Positions 54,331 to 64,000 of a DNA stretch of 64,000 nt are shown piece after piece (within the stretch, counting starts at the first letter, position 1; each line of letters starts with the position of its first letter). Location of the stretch: the NCBI RefSeq assembly GCF_009914755.1, contig NC_060933.1; one strand, written 5' to 3'. Made by a program: the position numbers and the translations under genes. Below the pieces are notes generated by a model. That model saw only the letters and a list, made by a program, of their open reading frames with translations. It did no database searches and was not told where the DNA came from. Source of the stretch: the human T2T-CHM13v2.0 reference genome, Homo sapiens.

Positions 54331-55788
54331 GCTCTCAATACTTGTAACCATGCTGTTTATTTTCTCCCAGCCCAAAGAGAAGCAGGATCCTAAACCGTCC
54401 ACTTTCCACAACAGGAGCTGCCCAGGACCACTTCAAGGACAGTGAACTGTTTACAGTACCAGAAAGTTCACAACACTTTCTCAATCTTCAACATCAGGGA
54501 AGACTGGAAGGTGAAGTTCATATCACTATCTGGCCATTTCTCACAGTTCCAAGTTTCTCAGACAATAGGTAGGCTAACCTAGTCCTCCTGGGAACTATCT
54601 AATTAACGTAGAATAGAACCCGAGGGCAGACTTGAAAAACAGAAGTCCTCCTTGGTTTACTTTGTTTCTCTGAAAGCAAATTGTGGAGTGCCAACATAGC
54701 CAAACAAAATATTTTATCAACTTCATAAGGTGCTTGTAATTTTTTCCTGGAGCAGGTAAATGCTGGCTTAGTGAACAATCTGGAATGTGGTAATTACTCT
54801 CGTTCTTGTTTCAGATGTACTATCAGCATGTAGCAGTTTCCAACTGATTCAGGGTTTTCCTAAAGTGGCAGGCCTTGGCAGAGGTGGTGACAACAATGCC
54901 CGTGTCAAATGACACCGTATTTCAAGTATTCTGACTCCAGGTTATTAATATCCCCTATATGATAGTCTTGTTTCTGTGATATTCACAGATTATGTTAAAA
55001 GTTTCCCAAAGTCTGAGAAAAATCATATCTTAACAGTATCTTTTTTTTTTTTTTGATCCTTTGTACAAAAGTAGAAGTAATGCCAGACAGATTACGTACC
55101 CTTGTTGTGAACAACTGGTGCATGGCAACTGTTTGAATAGAAATTTACCAACTGCCACAACCAGGCAACTACTCTCCCAGAGCCTAACAATCTCGATTGC
55201 ATCTGAAAGGGCCACCCCTCCTGGGAAAGTGCAGGACCTCCCTCCTGTTTCTGAATACAAAGCCTGGTGGTGTTCAACGCGGCCAGATAGACCCAATGAG
55301 CACACGGACATGTAATCTGTGCACTTCTTTAGACAACTGATTACCATCAGTCAAGTGATGCCCAAGTCACAATAGTCACTTCCTTTAAGCAAGTCTGTGT
55401 CATCTCGGAGCTGTGAAGCAACCAGGTCATGTCCCACAGAATGGGGAGCACACCGACTTGCATTGCTGCCCTCATATGCAAGTCATCACCACTCTCTAGA
55501 AGCTTGGGCTGAAATTGTGCAGGCGTCTCCACACCCCCATCTCATCCCGCATGATCTCCTCGCCGGCAGGGACCGTCTCGGGTTCCTAGCGAACCCCGAC
55601 TTGGTCCGCAGAAGCCGCGCGCCGCCCACCCTCCGGCCTTCCCCCAGGCGAGGCCTCTCAGTACCCGAGGCTCCCTTTTCTCGAGCCCGCAGCGGCAGCG
55701 CTCCCAGCGGGTCCCCGGGAAGGAGACAGCTCGGGTACTGAGGGCGGGAAAGCAAGGAAGAGGCCAGATCCCCATCCCTTGTCCCTGC

Positions 55789-55812
55789 GCCGCCGCCGCC
55801 GCCGCCGCCGCC
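55789..55812 (-). repeat. (GGC)8 trinucleotide repeat in C9orf72 intron 1
   Basis: 8 perfect gcc units on +. Confidence 0.95.
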
Positions 55813-55830
55813 GGGAAGCCCGGGGCCCGG

Positions 55831-56172
55831 ATGCAGGCAATTCCACCAGTCGCTAGAGGCGAAAGCCCGACACCCAGCTTCGGTCAGAGAAATGAGAGGG
55901 AAAGTAAAAATGCGTCGAGCTCTGAGGAGAGCCCCCGCTTCTACCCGCGCCTCTTCCCGGCAGCCGAACCCCAAACAGCCACCCGCCAGGATGCCGCCTC
56001 CTCACTCACCCACTCGCCACCGCCTGCGCCTCCGCCGCCGCGGGCGCAGGCACCGCAACCGCAGCCCCGCCCCGGGCCCGCCCCCGGGCCCGCCCCGACC
56101 ACGCCCCGGCCCCGGCCCCGGCCCCGGCCCCGGCCCCGGCCCCGGCCCCGGCCCCTAGCGCGCGACTCCTGA
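55831..56172 (+). CDS. Antisense AUG-initiated ORF crossing the repeat in the Pro-Arg frame (113 aa)
   Basis: MQAIPPVARG...PRPRPRPR; corresponds to the described antisense poly-PR frame; translation at 8 repeats is unproven. Confidence 0.4.
   Translation: MQAIPPVARGESPTPSFGQRNERESKNASSSEESPRFYPRLFPAAEPQTATRQDAASSLTHSPPPAPPPPRAQAPQPQPRPGPAPGPAPTTPRPRPRPRPRPRPRPRPLARDS
55892..56158 (+). CDS. Antisense AUG-initiated ORF in the Pro-Gly frame (88 aa)
   Basis: MRGKVKMRR...PGPGPG, with TAG immediately after the repeat; corresponds to the described antisense poly-GP/PG frame. Confidence 0.4.
   Translation: MRGKVKMRRALRRAPASTRASSRQPNPKQPPARMPPPHSPTRHRLRLRRRGRRHRNRSPAPGPPPGPPRPRPGPGPGPGPGPGPGPGP
56010..56060 (-). 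other. C9orf72: C9orf72 non-coding exon 1b
   Basis: Donor GAGTGG|GTGAGT at 56010/56009; 5' end approximate. Confidence 0.85.
56108..56155 (-). repeat. C9orf72: C9orf72 hexanucleotide repeat (GGGGCC)8
   Basis: 8 perfect ggcccc units on +, between ccacgcccc and tagcgcgcgactcc. Confidence 0.99.
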
Positions 56173-56317
56173 GTTCCAGAGCTTGCTACAGGCTGCGGTT
56201 GTTTCCCTCCTTGTTTTCTTCTGGTTAATCTTTATCAGGTCTTTTCTTGTTCACCCTCAGCGAGTACTGTGAGAGCAAGTAGTGGGGAGAGAGGGTGGGA
56301 AAAACAAAAACACACAC

Positions 56318-56475
56318 CTCCTAAACCCACACCTGCTCTTGCTAGACCCCGCCCCCAAAAGAGAAGCAACCGGGCAGCAGGGACGGCTGACACACCAAGC
56401 GTCATCTTTTACGTGGGCGGAACTTGTCGCTGTTTGACGCACCTCTCTTTCCTAGCGGGACACCGTAGGTTACGT
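56318..56475 (-). other. C9orf72: C9orf72 non-coding exon 1a (alternative donors after 56396 and 56318)
   Basis: Begins ACGTAACCTACGGTG; donors CTTG|GTGTGT and GGAG|GTGTGT. Confidence 0.85.
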
Positions 56476-57379
56476 CTGTCTGTTTTCTATGTGCGATGAC
56501 GTTTTCTCACGAGGCTAGCGAAATGGGGCGGGGCAACTTGTCCTGTTCTTTTATCTTAAGACCCGCTCTGGAGGAGCGTTGGCGCAATAGCGTGTGCGAA
56601 CCTTAATAGGGGAGGCTGCTGGATCCGGAGAAAGTGAAGACGATTTCGTGGTTTTGAATGGTTTTGTTTGTGCTTGGTAGGCAGTGGGCGCTCAACAAAT
56701 AATTGGTGGATGAAATTTTGTTTTTACCGTAAGACACTGTTAAGTGCATTCAAAACTCCACTGCAAACCCTGGTAGGGGACAGCTCCGGCACTGCGGGCG
56801 GGAATCCCACGGTCCCCTGCAAAGTCATCGCAATTTTGCCTTTACATGTAAGAATTCTCTCAAGCATGATTTTCACACTGGGGAATGTCATTTTTGCTAG
56901 TTGCAATATGTGGATGAGTTGTTTTTTTTTAACTTTTGAAAAACGTACCATTCTGTTTGATGTGTAAAAAACACAAAGATTTTTGAAACCTTGCGTCTTT
57001 TGGTCTGCAGGTGTATAGATTCCACTTACTACAGATGAGTAGCATTTACACCACTCAGATGTGTAAAAAAACAAAGGTTTTTTAAACTGTGTGCCTTTTG
57101 ATCTGCAAGTGTGAGATGGCACTTATTACAGTGAGTAGCATTTAATCTTTTTCATCACTAAAAATCACACAGAACGTTTTAATCATTCACCGAGGAAGAA
57201 AGGGAGGAATAAATACACAAAATGGCTCTCAACGTCTACACCTTCTGCAGAAACAGACCCTTTTCCTACTGTTCTATGCTTTGTGAAAGTTGATCATACA
57301 AATTGGGTCATTCTTTTTATACCCAACTAAAATAGTGGGGGTAGGGGGTAGAAAAGCACTTAGGACAAATGACACTGCT

Positions 57380-57728
57380 CCCACAGTGTAATTCTCTCCA
57401 AGTCCAGCTGCTGCAACTGCCCGTTGTGACCTGAGACCAGTTTTATCTAATAGTTGCTAAAATGACCTGCTGCAGCTCTAATTTTATCTACCACCATCAC
57501 TCACCAGTTGAAACTCACCAGCTCCTCAGATCCTTAATAGTGCCAATGAATTTTCTCAAAGAGCACTATGTAACATTTCTCTTTTTTAACAAAACCTCCC
57601 CCTTTTCTTTGTTGTGTGGATATACCGAAGACCATCTGATCTACATGTATGCCCTAATTGCAATTCTTTCTTCCCAAATAAATCACTTAATTTAGAGATT
57701 CATCTCTGTATTTTTATTTTGACTGACA
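57380..57728 (+). mobile_element. Old ERV1-type LTR fragment (LTR37-like)
   Basis: ttgcaattctttcttcccaaataaa...ttttgactgaca LTR-like 3' terminus; family assignment tentative. Confidence 0.45.
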
Positions 57729-59160
57729 GCTTATAACAAGTAGCTAGCATTTACCAAGTTTCTACACTGAGTTGTACTTCACTTATACGTGGAATTAAAA
57801 AACAACTGAATTTATAGAAACAGAGTAGACCCTTGGTTGGGGGGCTTGGGGGGAAAGAAAATTGTAGGGTAGGGTACAAAGTTGCAGTTACGTCTAATAC
57901 ATCTAGAGATTTAATGTACAACATGAGGACTAGCGTTAATAATTGTGTTAGTCCATTCTTACACTGCTATAAAGAAATAACTGAAACTGGGTAATTTATA
58001 AAGAAAAGTTTAATGGCTCACAGTTCTGCAGGCTGTACAAGAAGCATGGCTGGATCAGCTTCTGGGCAGGCCATAGGGAACTTAAAATCATGATGGAAGG
58101 CATAGGGAGACCCCAGACTTCACATGGCAGGAACTGGGGGAAGAGAGAAATGGGAGGTGCTACATACGTTTAAACAACTAGATCTTGTCAGAACTCACTA
58201 TATAGTACCAAGAGGGGACTGTACAAAACCATTAGAAGCCACCCCATAATCCACTCACCTCCCACCAGGCCCAACCTCCAACACTGGGGATTACAGTTGA
58301 ACATGAGATTTGGGTGGGGACAGAGATCCAAACCATGTTATTCCAACTCTGGCCCCTCCCAAATCTAATGTCCTTCTCATATTGCAAAATACTGTCGTGC
58401 CTTACCAACAGTTCCCCAAAGTCTTAACTCGATCCAGCATTCATTCAAAAGTCCAAAGTCCCAAGTCTCACCTGAGACGAAGCTAGTCCCTTCTACCTAT
58501 GAACCTGTAAAATCAAAAACAAGGTAATTGCTTCAAAGATACAATGGGGGTATAGGCATTGGGCAGATACTGCCATTCCGAAAGGGAGAAATCTGCCAAA
58601 AGAAAGAGGCTATAGGGCCCCATTGCAAGTCTGAAAGCCAGCCGGGCAGTCATTAAATGTTAAAGCTCTGAAATAATCTCCTTTGACTCACACCCAGGGA
58701 ACACTGATGCAATGAGTGGGCTCCCAAAACCTTGGGCAGAACCACCCCTGTGGTTTTCCAGGGTTCATCTCCCACAGCTGCTCTCATGGGCTAGCATTGA
58801 GTGCTTGCAGCTTTTCCAGGCTGCAGGGTGCAAGTTGTTGGTGGATCTACCATTCTGGGGTCTGGAGGACGGTGGCTGTCTTGTCATAGCTCTGCTAGGC
58901 AGTGCCCCAGGGGACTCTCTGTGGGGGCTGCAACCCCACATTTCTTCTCCTTGCTTCCCTAGTAGATGTTCTCCATGAGGATTCCACCCCAGTAACAGGC
59001 TTCTGTCTGGACATCCAGGCTTTTTCATACATCCTCTAAAATCTAGGCAGAGCTTCTTAAGCCTCAACTCTTGCATTATGTGCGCCCGCCGGCTTCACAG
59101 CTTATGGAAGCCACCAAGGCTTATGCCTGGCACCCTGTGAAGCAGCAGCCTGAACTGTAT

Positions 59161-59871
59161 TCTTACTGGTGAAAGTTATCTGAGTTACCAGCTGCAAATC
59201 CATGTGGGTCTGCAGCAACCTCAATTCTTGCCTCCTCAGAAGAAAGAATTTGACCAAGAGGCATAAGGCAGAAAAAGAGACTGCGACAAGTTTCAGAGCA
59301 GGAGTAAAAGTTTATTAAAAAGCTTTAGAACAGGAATGAAAGGAAAGTACATTTGGAAGAGGCCCAAGTGGGCACCTTGGAGGTCAAGTGCCCTGTTTGA
59401 CCTTGAACCTAGGATCTTATACACTGGCCTACTTCTGACATCTTGTGCCCCTTTCCCTTGGTCCTTCCCTAAGGGTGAGCTTGCCGCATGCATGGTGCCC
59501 TGCTTGCACTTGGAAGGTGAGCGTGTGCAGTGTGTTTACTGGAGTTGTATACATGCTTACCTGAGGCTTTCTTCCCTTTTCCGGTGGAATGCCCCCAAAG
59601 GTCATACTTCACCATTTTGCCTCTTAATGTGCATGTTAAGCCCACTCTCTCAGTTCCTGAGATCTTATTGGAAGCGCCCAGTTACCAATTTCAGGTGTTT
59701 CTATCTATTGAGAAGTTGCCTCTCCCTGGTGCTGGCTGCAACCAATTACTATTTTAGAGAGGCAGTATGACAACTGCCTGACCATCATCTGATGGTTGCC
59801 TGACATTCCTGGTGGGTGGTGGGGACTTCTCTCTTACCCCACTCATGCCTGATTAGCTACCTACTGTAACA
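59161..59871 (-). mobile_element. MER50-like ERV1 solo LTR nested in MST-int
   Basis: Minus-strand start tgttacagtaggtagcta; 4-bp TSD gtat/gtac. Confidence 0.75.
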
Positions 59872-60032
59872 GTACCTGGGCCCCTTTGAGCAGCTGGGAT
59901 TCAGGGAGCAGAGTCCCAAGGCTGTAAGAGGGAGCAGGGGCCCTAGGCCTGGCCCAGGAAATGATTCAGTCCTCCTAGGCCTCGGGGCCTGTGATGAGAG
60001 GGACCACCATGAAAGCCTAAAATGCCTATTAG

Positions 60033-60677
60033 GAACACTTTTACACTGTTGGTGGGACTGTAAACTAGTTCAACCATTGTGGAAGTCAGTGTGGCGATTC
60101 CTCAGGGATCTAGAACTAGAAATACCATTTGACCCAGCCATCCCATCACTGGGTATATACCCAAAGGACTATAAATCCTGCTGCTATAAAGACACATGCA
60201 CACTATGTTTATTGTGGCACTATTCACAATAGCAAAGACTTGGAACCAACCCAAATGTCCAACAGTGATAGACTGGATTAAGAAAATGTGGCACATATAC
60301 ACCATGGAATACTATGCAGCCATAAAAAATGATGAGTTCATGTCCTTTGTAGGGACATGGATGAAATTGGAAATCGTCATTCTCAGTAAACTATTGCAAG
60401 GTCAAAAAACCAAACACCACATGTTCTCACTCATAGGTGGGAATTGAACAATGAGAACACATGGACACAGGAAGGGGAACATCACACTCTGGGGACTGTT
60501 GTGGGGTGGGGGAGGGGGGAGGGATAGCATTAGGAGATATACCTAATGCTAAATGACGAGTTAATGGGTGCAGCACACCAGCATGGCACATGTATACATA
60601 TGCAACTAACCTGCACATTGTGCACATGTACCCTAAAACTTAAAGTATAATAATAATAAAATAAAAATAAAATAAAA
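60033..60677 (+). mobile_element. 5'-truncated young L1PA (PA3/4-like) nested in MST-int
   Basis: L1PA 3' end with G-rich tract and (TAAAA)n tail; TSD taaaatgcct(a/g)ttag at 60018-60032 and 60678-60692. Confidence 0.93.
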
Positions 60678-63522
60678 TAAAATGCCTGTTAGTCCTATGA
60701 GTCTTTCTCCCCATTGTTTTGGTTATCAGCCCTTGCCTTCCTTTTAGTTATGCAAATTTATGCAGCCTGCTTGACTTCCTCTCCTGAGAACGAGCTTTTC
60801 TTTACTACCACATGGCCAGGCTGCAAAATTTACAAACTTTTATGCTCTGCTTCCCTTTTAAGTGTAAGTTCCAATTTCAGGTCATTTCTGTGCTCATGCC
60901 TATGAGCATAGGCTATTAGAAGCAGCTAGGTTACTTCTTGAACACTCTGCTGCTTAGAAATTTCTTCTGCCAGATACCCTAAATCATCATTCTTAAGTCT
61001 AAGATTTCACAGATACCTAGAACAGAGGAACAATGCAGCTAAGCTCTTTGCTAAAGCATAGCAAACCTGACCTTTACTCATTCCCAATAAATTTCTCATT
61101 TCCATCTGAGACCTCCTCAGCCTGGACTTCACTGTCTATATCACTATCAGTATTTTGGTTACAACCACTCAACAAGTTCCTAGCGAGTTCCAAACTTTCT
61201 CTCATCTTTCTGTCTTCTTCTGAGCCCTCTAAAATGTTTCAACTTCTGCCTGTTAGCCGGTTCCAAAGTCACTTCTACATTTTCAGGTATCTTTATAGCA
61301 ATGCCCTTCTTCTCAGTAACAATTTTCTGTATTAGTCCATTCTTGCATTGCTATAAAGAAATACTTGAGACTGGGTAATTTACAAAGAAAAGAGGTTTAA
61401 TTGACTCATGGTTCTGCAGGCTGTATAGGAAGCATGGCAGCATCAGCTTCTGGGGATGCCTCAGAGAACTTACAATCATGGCGGAAGGCAAAGAGGGAGC
61501 TGGCACTTCACATAGCGGGAGCAGGAGGAACAGAGAGAGGGAAAGTGGGGGAGGTGTTACACACTTTTAAACAACCAGATCTCGTGAGAACTTACTCACT
61601 ATACAGTACCAAGAAAGGATGGTGCTGAACCATTAGAAGCCACCCCTGTGATCCAATCACCTCCAACCAGGCTCCATCTCCAACGTTGGGGATTGCAACT
61701 GAACATGAGATTTGGATGGGGATATGGATCAAACCATATCAATATTGTATACTGGAAATTTGGTAAGAGAATAGATTTTAGATAATCTTATCGCATACAT
61801 AAAAGGTAGCTATGAAATGATGGATATGTTAATTTGCTTGACTGTAGTAATCACTATACACGTGTATATCAAAACATTATGTTGCCCATTTTAAATACAT
61901 ACAATTAAAAAAAATTACACTTAATCCTCCTGACATCTCTAGGATGTAGATATTGTCATCCCTAGGATGTAGATATGTTTTACAGAGGAGATAACTGGAC
62001 CTCTGAGAGCTTGAATTATTTACCCAAGGCTACATACTTTGATAAATTAGGCCAGTTTCATGCAATTCTAGAGCTCACTGAGTCCAGAGGACAACAACCT
62101 GGTACCAAGTTGATGATAACTCATCTCAGATAACTCCTATGGTGGTTAATACTAGCATCCCCAGTTTAGAATAAGACTGGAACTTGGATTAAGTGCCTGG
62201 GAGGGGAATACAACTCCAAAAGCAGGTTTTCCTACTTCAAAATTTGGCCTACAGACAAATAATTTTCCTTTTCTCGAATAGGTTTTTCTGTTTTTTTGTG
62301 ATATCAACCCTGAAACAACTATGTTTCCTAAGAGAGAAATAATCAACACCAAAGCCTAAATTCTACATGATCATGAGAAATAAAATATATGGTGAAAATG
62401 GCTCTGTATGCATGATGCTTTCTAGCCAGTGACTGTGTATCTTCCCCCCACCTAATCCAACAGGTATTTAGTCATTGTGTAGCAGTATAGTAGCTTGTAT
62501 GTCTTTCATTAGATTGGAGCAAAAAAATCAGGAGAGAAACAATAATTATAACATAGTACAGTGGTCCAAAATACTTTATTGCCTGAAAGGGTAAAAGAGG
62601 AGGACAAATATTCTAGCATATATGCAGTCTTCTGGGAACCAAAGAGAAAATGATATTTAAGTATCTAGTAATGTGATTCATATTAGCAGCATGAAAGATG
62701 GCTTGGGAGGGCTTTAACCCTTATCCTTTTCATACTCTGTTAACTGGTTTATTAACCACATCAAGTAACTGTAGCATCTAAATGAAAATAGGTTTTTCTA
62801 CAGAAATATGTCTTCAAGTGAGAAGCCTAGTCCTCCATTTTCAACCAGAATGACACCCTTAAAAGACCTTATATAGAAATTTTTGAACTCTTCACATATA
62901 ATTAATGCAGTCATACAAAAAGACTCTACAACTAGGGAAGCAGAAAAGCATATGGTTAAGAGAGTGGGCTCTGGAATCAGAGCTGGTGTGAGTATTGTCT
63001 TTGCCTTTGATTAGTTATGACATTTTGGGCAGTACTGTATTTCTCTGTGCCTCAGTTTCCCCAGCTACAAAATGGCATGCAGAATAATTTCTCCTAGGAT
63101 CATTGTGAGGGTCATGTGTGATCAAGCAAGCTAAGGATTTAGAACAGTACATTCGAGAAGTGGTTCTAATCTCAATTTTACTAACTATGCAGAGATAATA
63201 AAAGCAATAACAAATGACTTATTAGCCTTTTAAACTATGTACCTATGTATGATTCCAATAACTATTATATCAGAATCCAGATAAACTTCCTGCTGTGTCA
63301 AAAATGCCAGTTGTTGTCAGGAAGGCATTCTCGCTATTAGTGTATTTCAAAAATGCAATATCTGCTGCTGATTCAGAGCTAGAGCTGAGAGCTTGTTGAT
63401 TAGCTCCCATTTATCCAGATTACAGCAAATTAGATTTAACTGTGACTGGCATGTGAAAGATCTTATGTAGGACATGGAGGAGGAATACCGCTCCATAAAC
63501 CATAGTGCATTTAATTTCTTTT

Positions 63523-63810
63523 TCTTTTTTTCTTTTTTGAGACAGAGTTTCACTCTTGTTGTCCAGGCTGGAGTGCAATGGCACGATCTCAACCTCCACC
63601 TCCTGGGTTCAAGTGATTCTCCTGCCTCAGCCTCCTGAGTAGCTGGGATTATAGGCATGCACCACCATGCCCCGCTAATTTTGTATTTTTAGTAGAGATG
63701 GGATTTCTCCATGTTGATCAGGCTGGTCTCAAACTCCCAACCTCAGGTGATCTGCCCTCCTTGGCCTCCCGAAGTGCTGAGATTACAGGTGTGAGCCACC
63801 GTGCCTGGAC
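63523..63810 (-). mobile_element. AluS-like
   Basis: Alu consensus; TSD ttaatttctttt at 63511 and 63811. Confidence 0.95.
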
Positions 63811-64000
63811 TTAATTTCTTTTAAATAATGAGATTTTATGTGGTTGCCTTAATCATTACGGACTAGGCGGTATGCACTTTATGGTACATTATCTTTTGGT
63901 TGGAATGTGAATGAACCAACACCTACCTGAGGTACTTCTAGGTGAAATCTTGATTCTTGAGTATATAAAGTTACTTCTGGTTGCCAGTGTGATATAAATG

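Larger units (their letters stand above)
55520..56660. promoter_or_regulatory. C9orf72: C9orf72 CpG island / bidirectional promoter
   Basis: CpG-dense; GC box ggggcggggc at 56525; CRE-like tgacgt at 56497; spans exons 1a and 1b. Confidence 0.9.
57944..61741 (-). mobile_element. Full-length MST (MaLR) element: LTRs 57944-58340 and 61328-61741 plus internal region
   Basis: Two similar LTRs (tgt(g/a)ttagtccattctt...aaaccat(g/a)t(t/c)a); 5-bp TSD ataat/atatt. Confidence 0.9.
57780..61915 (+). mobile_element. L1MA-type 3' end split by the MST insertion (57780-57943 and 61742-61915)
   Basis: agggtacaaagttgcagtta...aatgtacaacatgaggacta | atattgtatactggaaattt...gatggatatgttaatt...aaaaaaa. Confidence 0.7.

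Noticed and set aside
56108-56155. Pathogenic C9orf72 expansion
   Set aside because: Only 8 units, within the normal range; assembly collapse of a longer tract cannot be excluded from sequence alone
59336-59770. 144-aa ATG ORF
   Set aside because: Lies antisense within the MER50-like LTR; no domain or splice support

Overview
Human chr9p21.2 (IFNK / MOB3B / C9orf72 locus). The window holds the complete IFNK gene (+ strand, CDS 6901-7524), nested antisense in intron 1 of MOB3B (non-coding exon 1 at about 12121-12380, - strand, in a CpG island). It also holds the complete C9orf72 gene on the - strand: exons 1a/1b, then coding exons 2-11, which I traced by GT/AG boundaries to 1446 nt = 481 aa + stop. 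The ALS/FTD GGGGCC repeat has 8 perfect units here (normal range; I recall the GRCh38 allele having 3). The rest is typical primate repeat content: Alu, L1, MaLR/ERV LTRs, Tigger3, a hAT MITE, MIR and L2. The most unexpected signal is a ~295-bp, ~90%-identical copy of the proximal C9orf72 3'UTR, including an AATAAA, inside intron 9. It sits just past an in-frame read-through stop, is flanked by fold-back scars, and could supply a ready-made 3' end for a 401-aa truncated isoform. Other unexplained structure includes a second (GGC)8 repeat in a poly-Gly frame, local duplications at 19.0/19.8 kb and in the C9orf72 promoter, a twin-primed L1 and a nested TE stack. Gene and repeat-family names come from sequence recognition, not from a database search.
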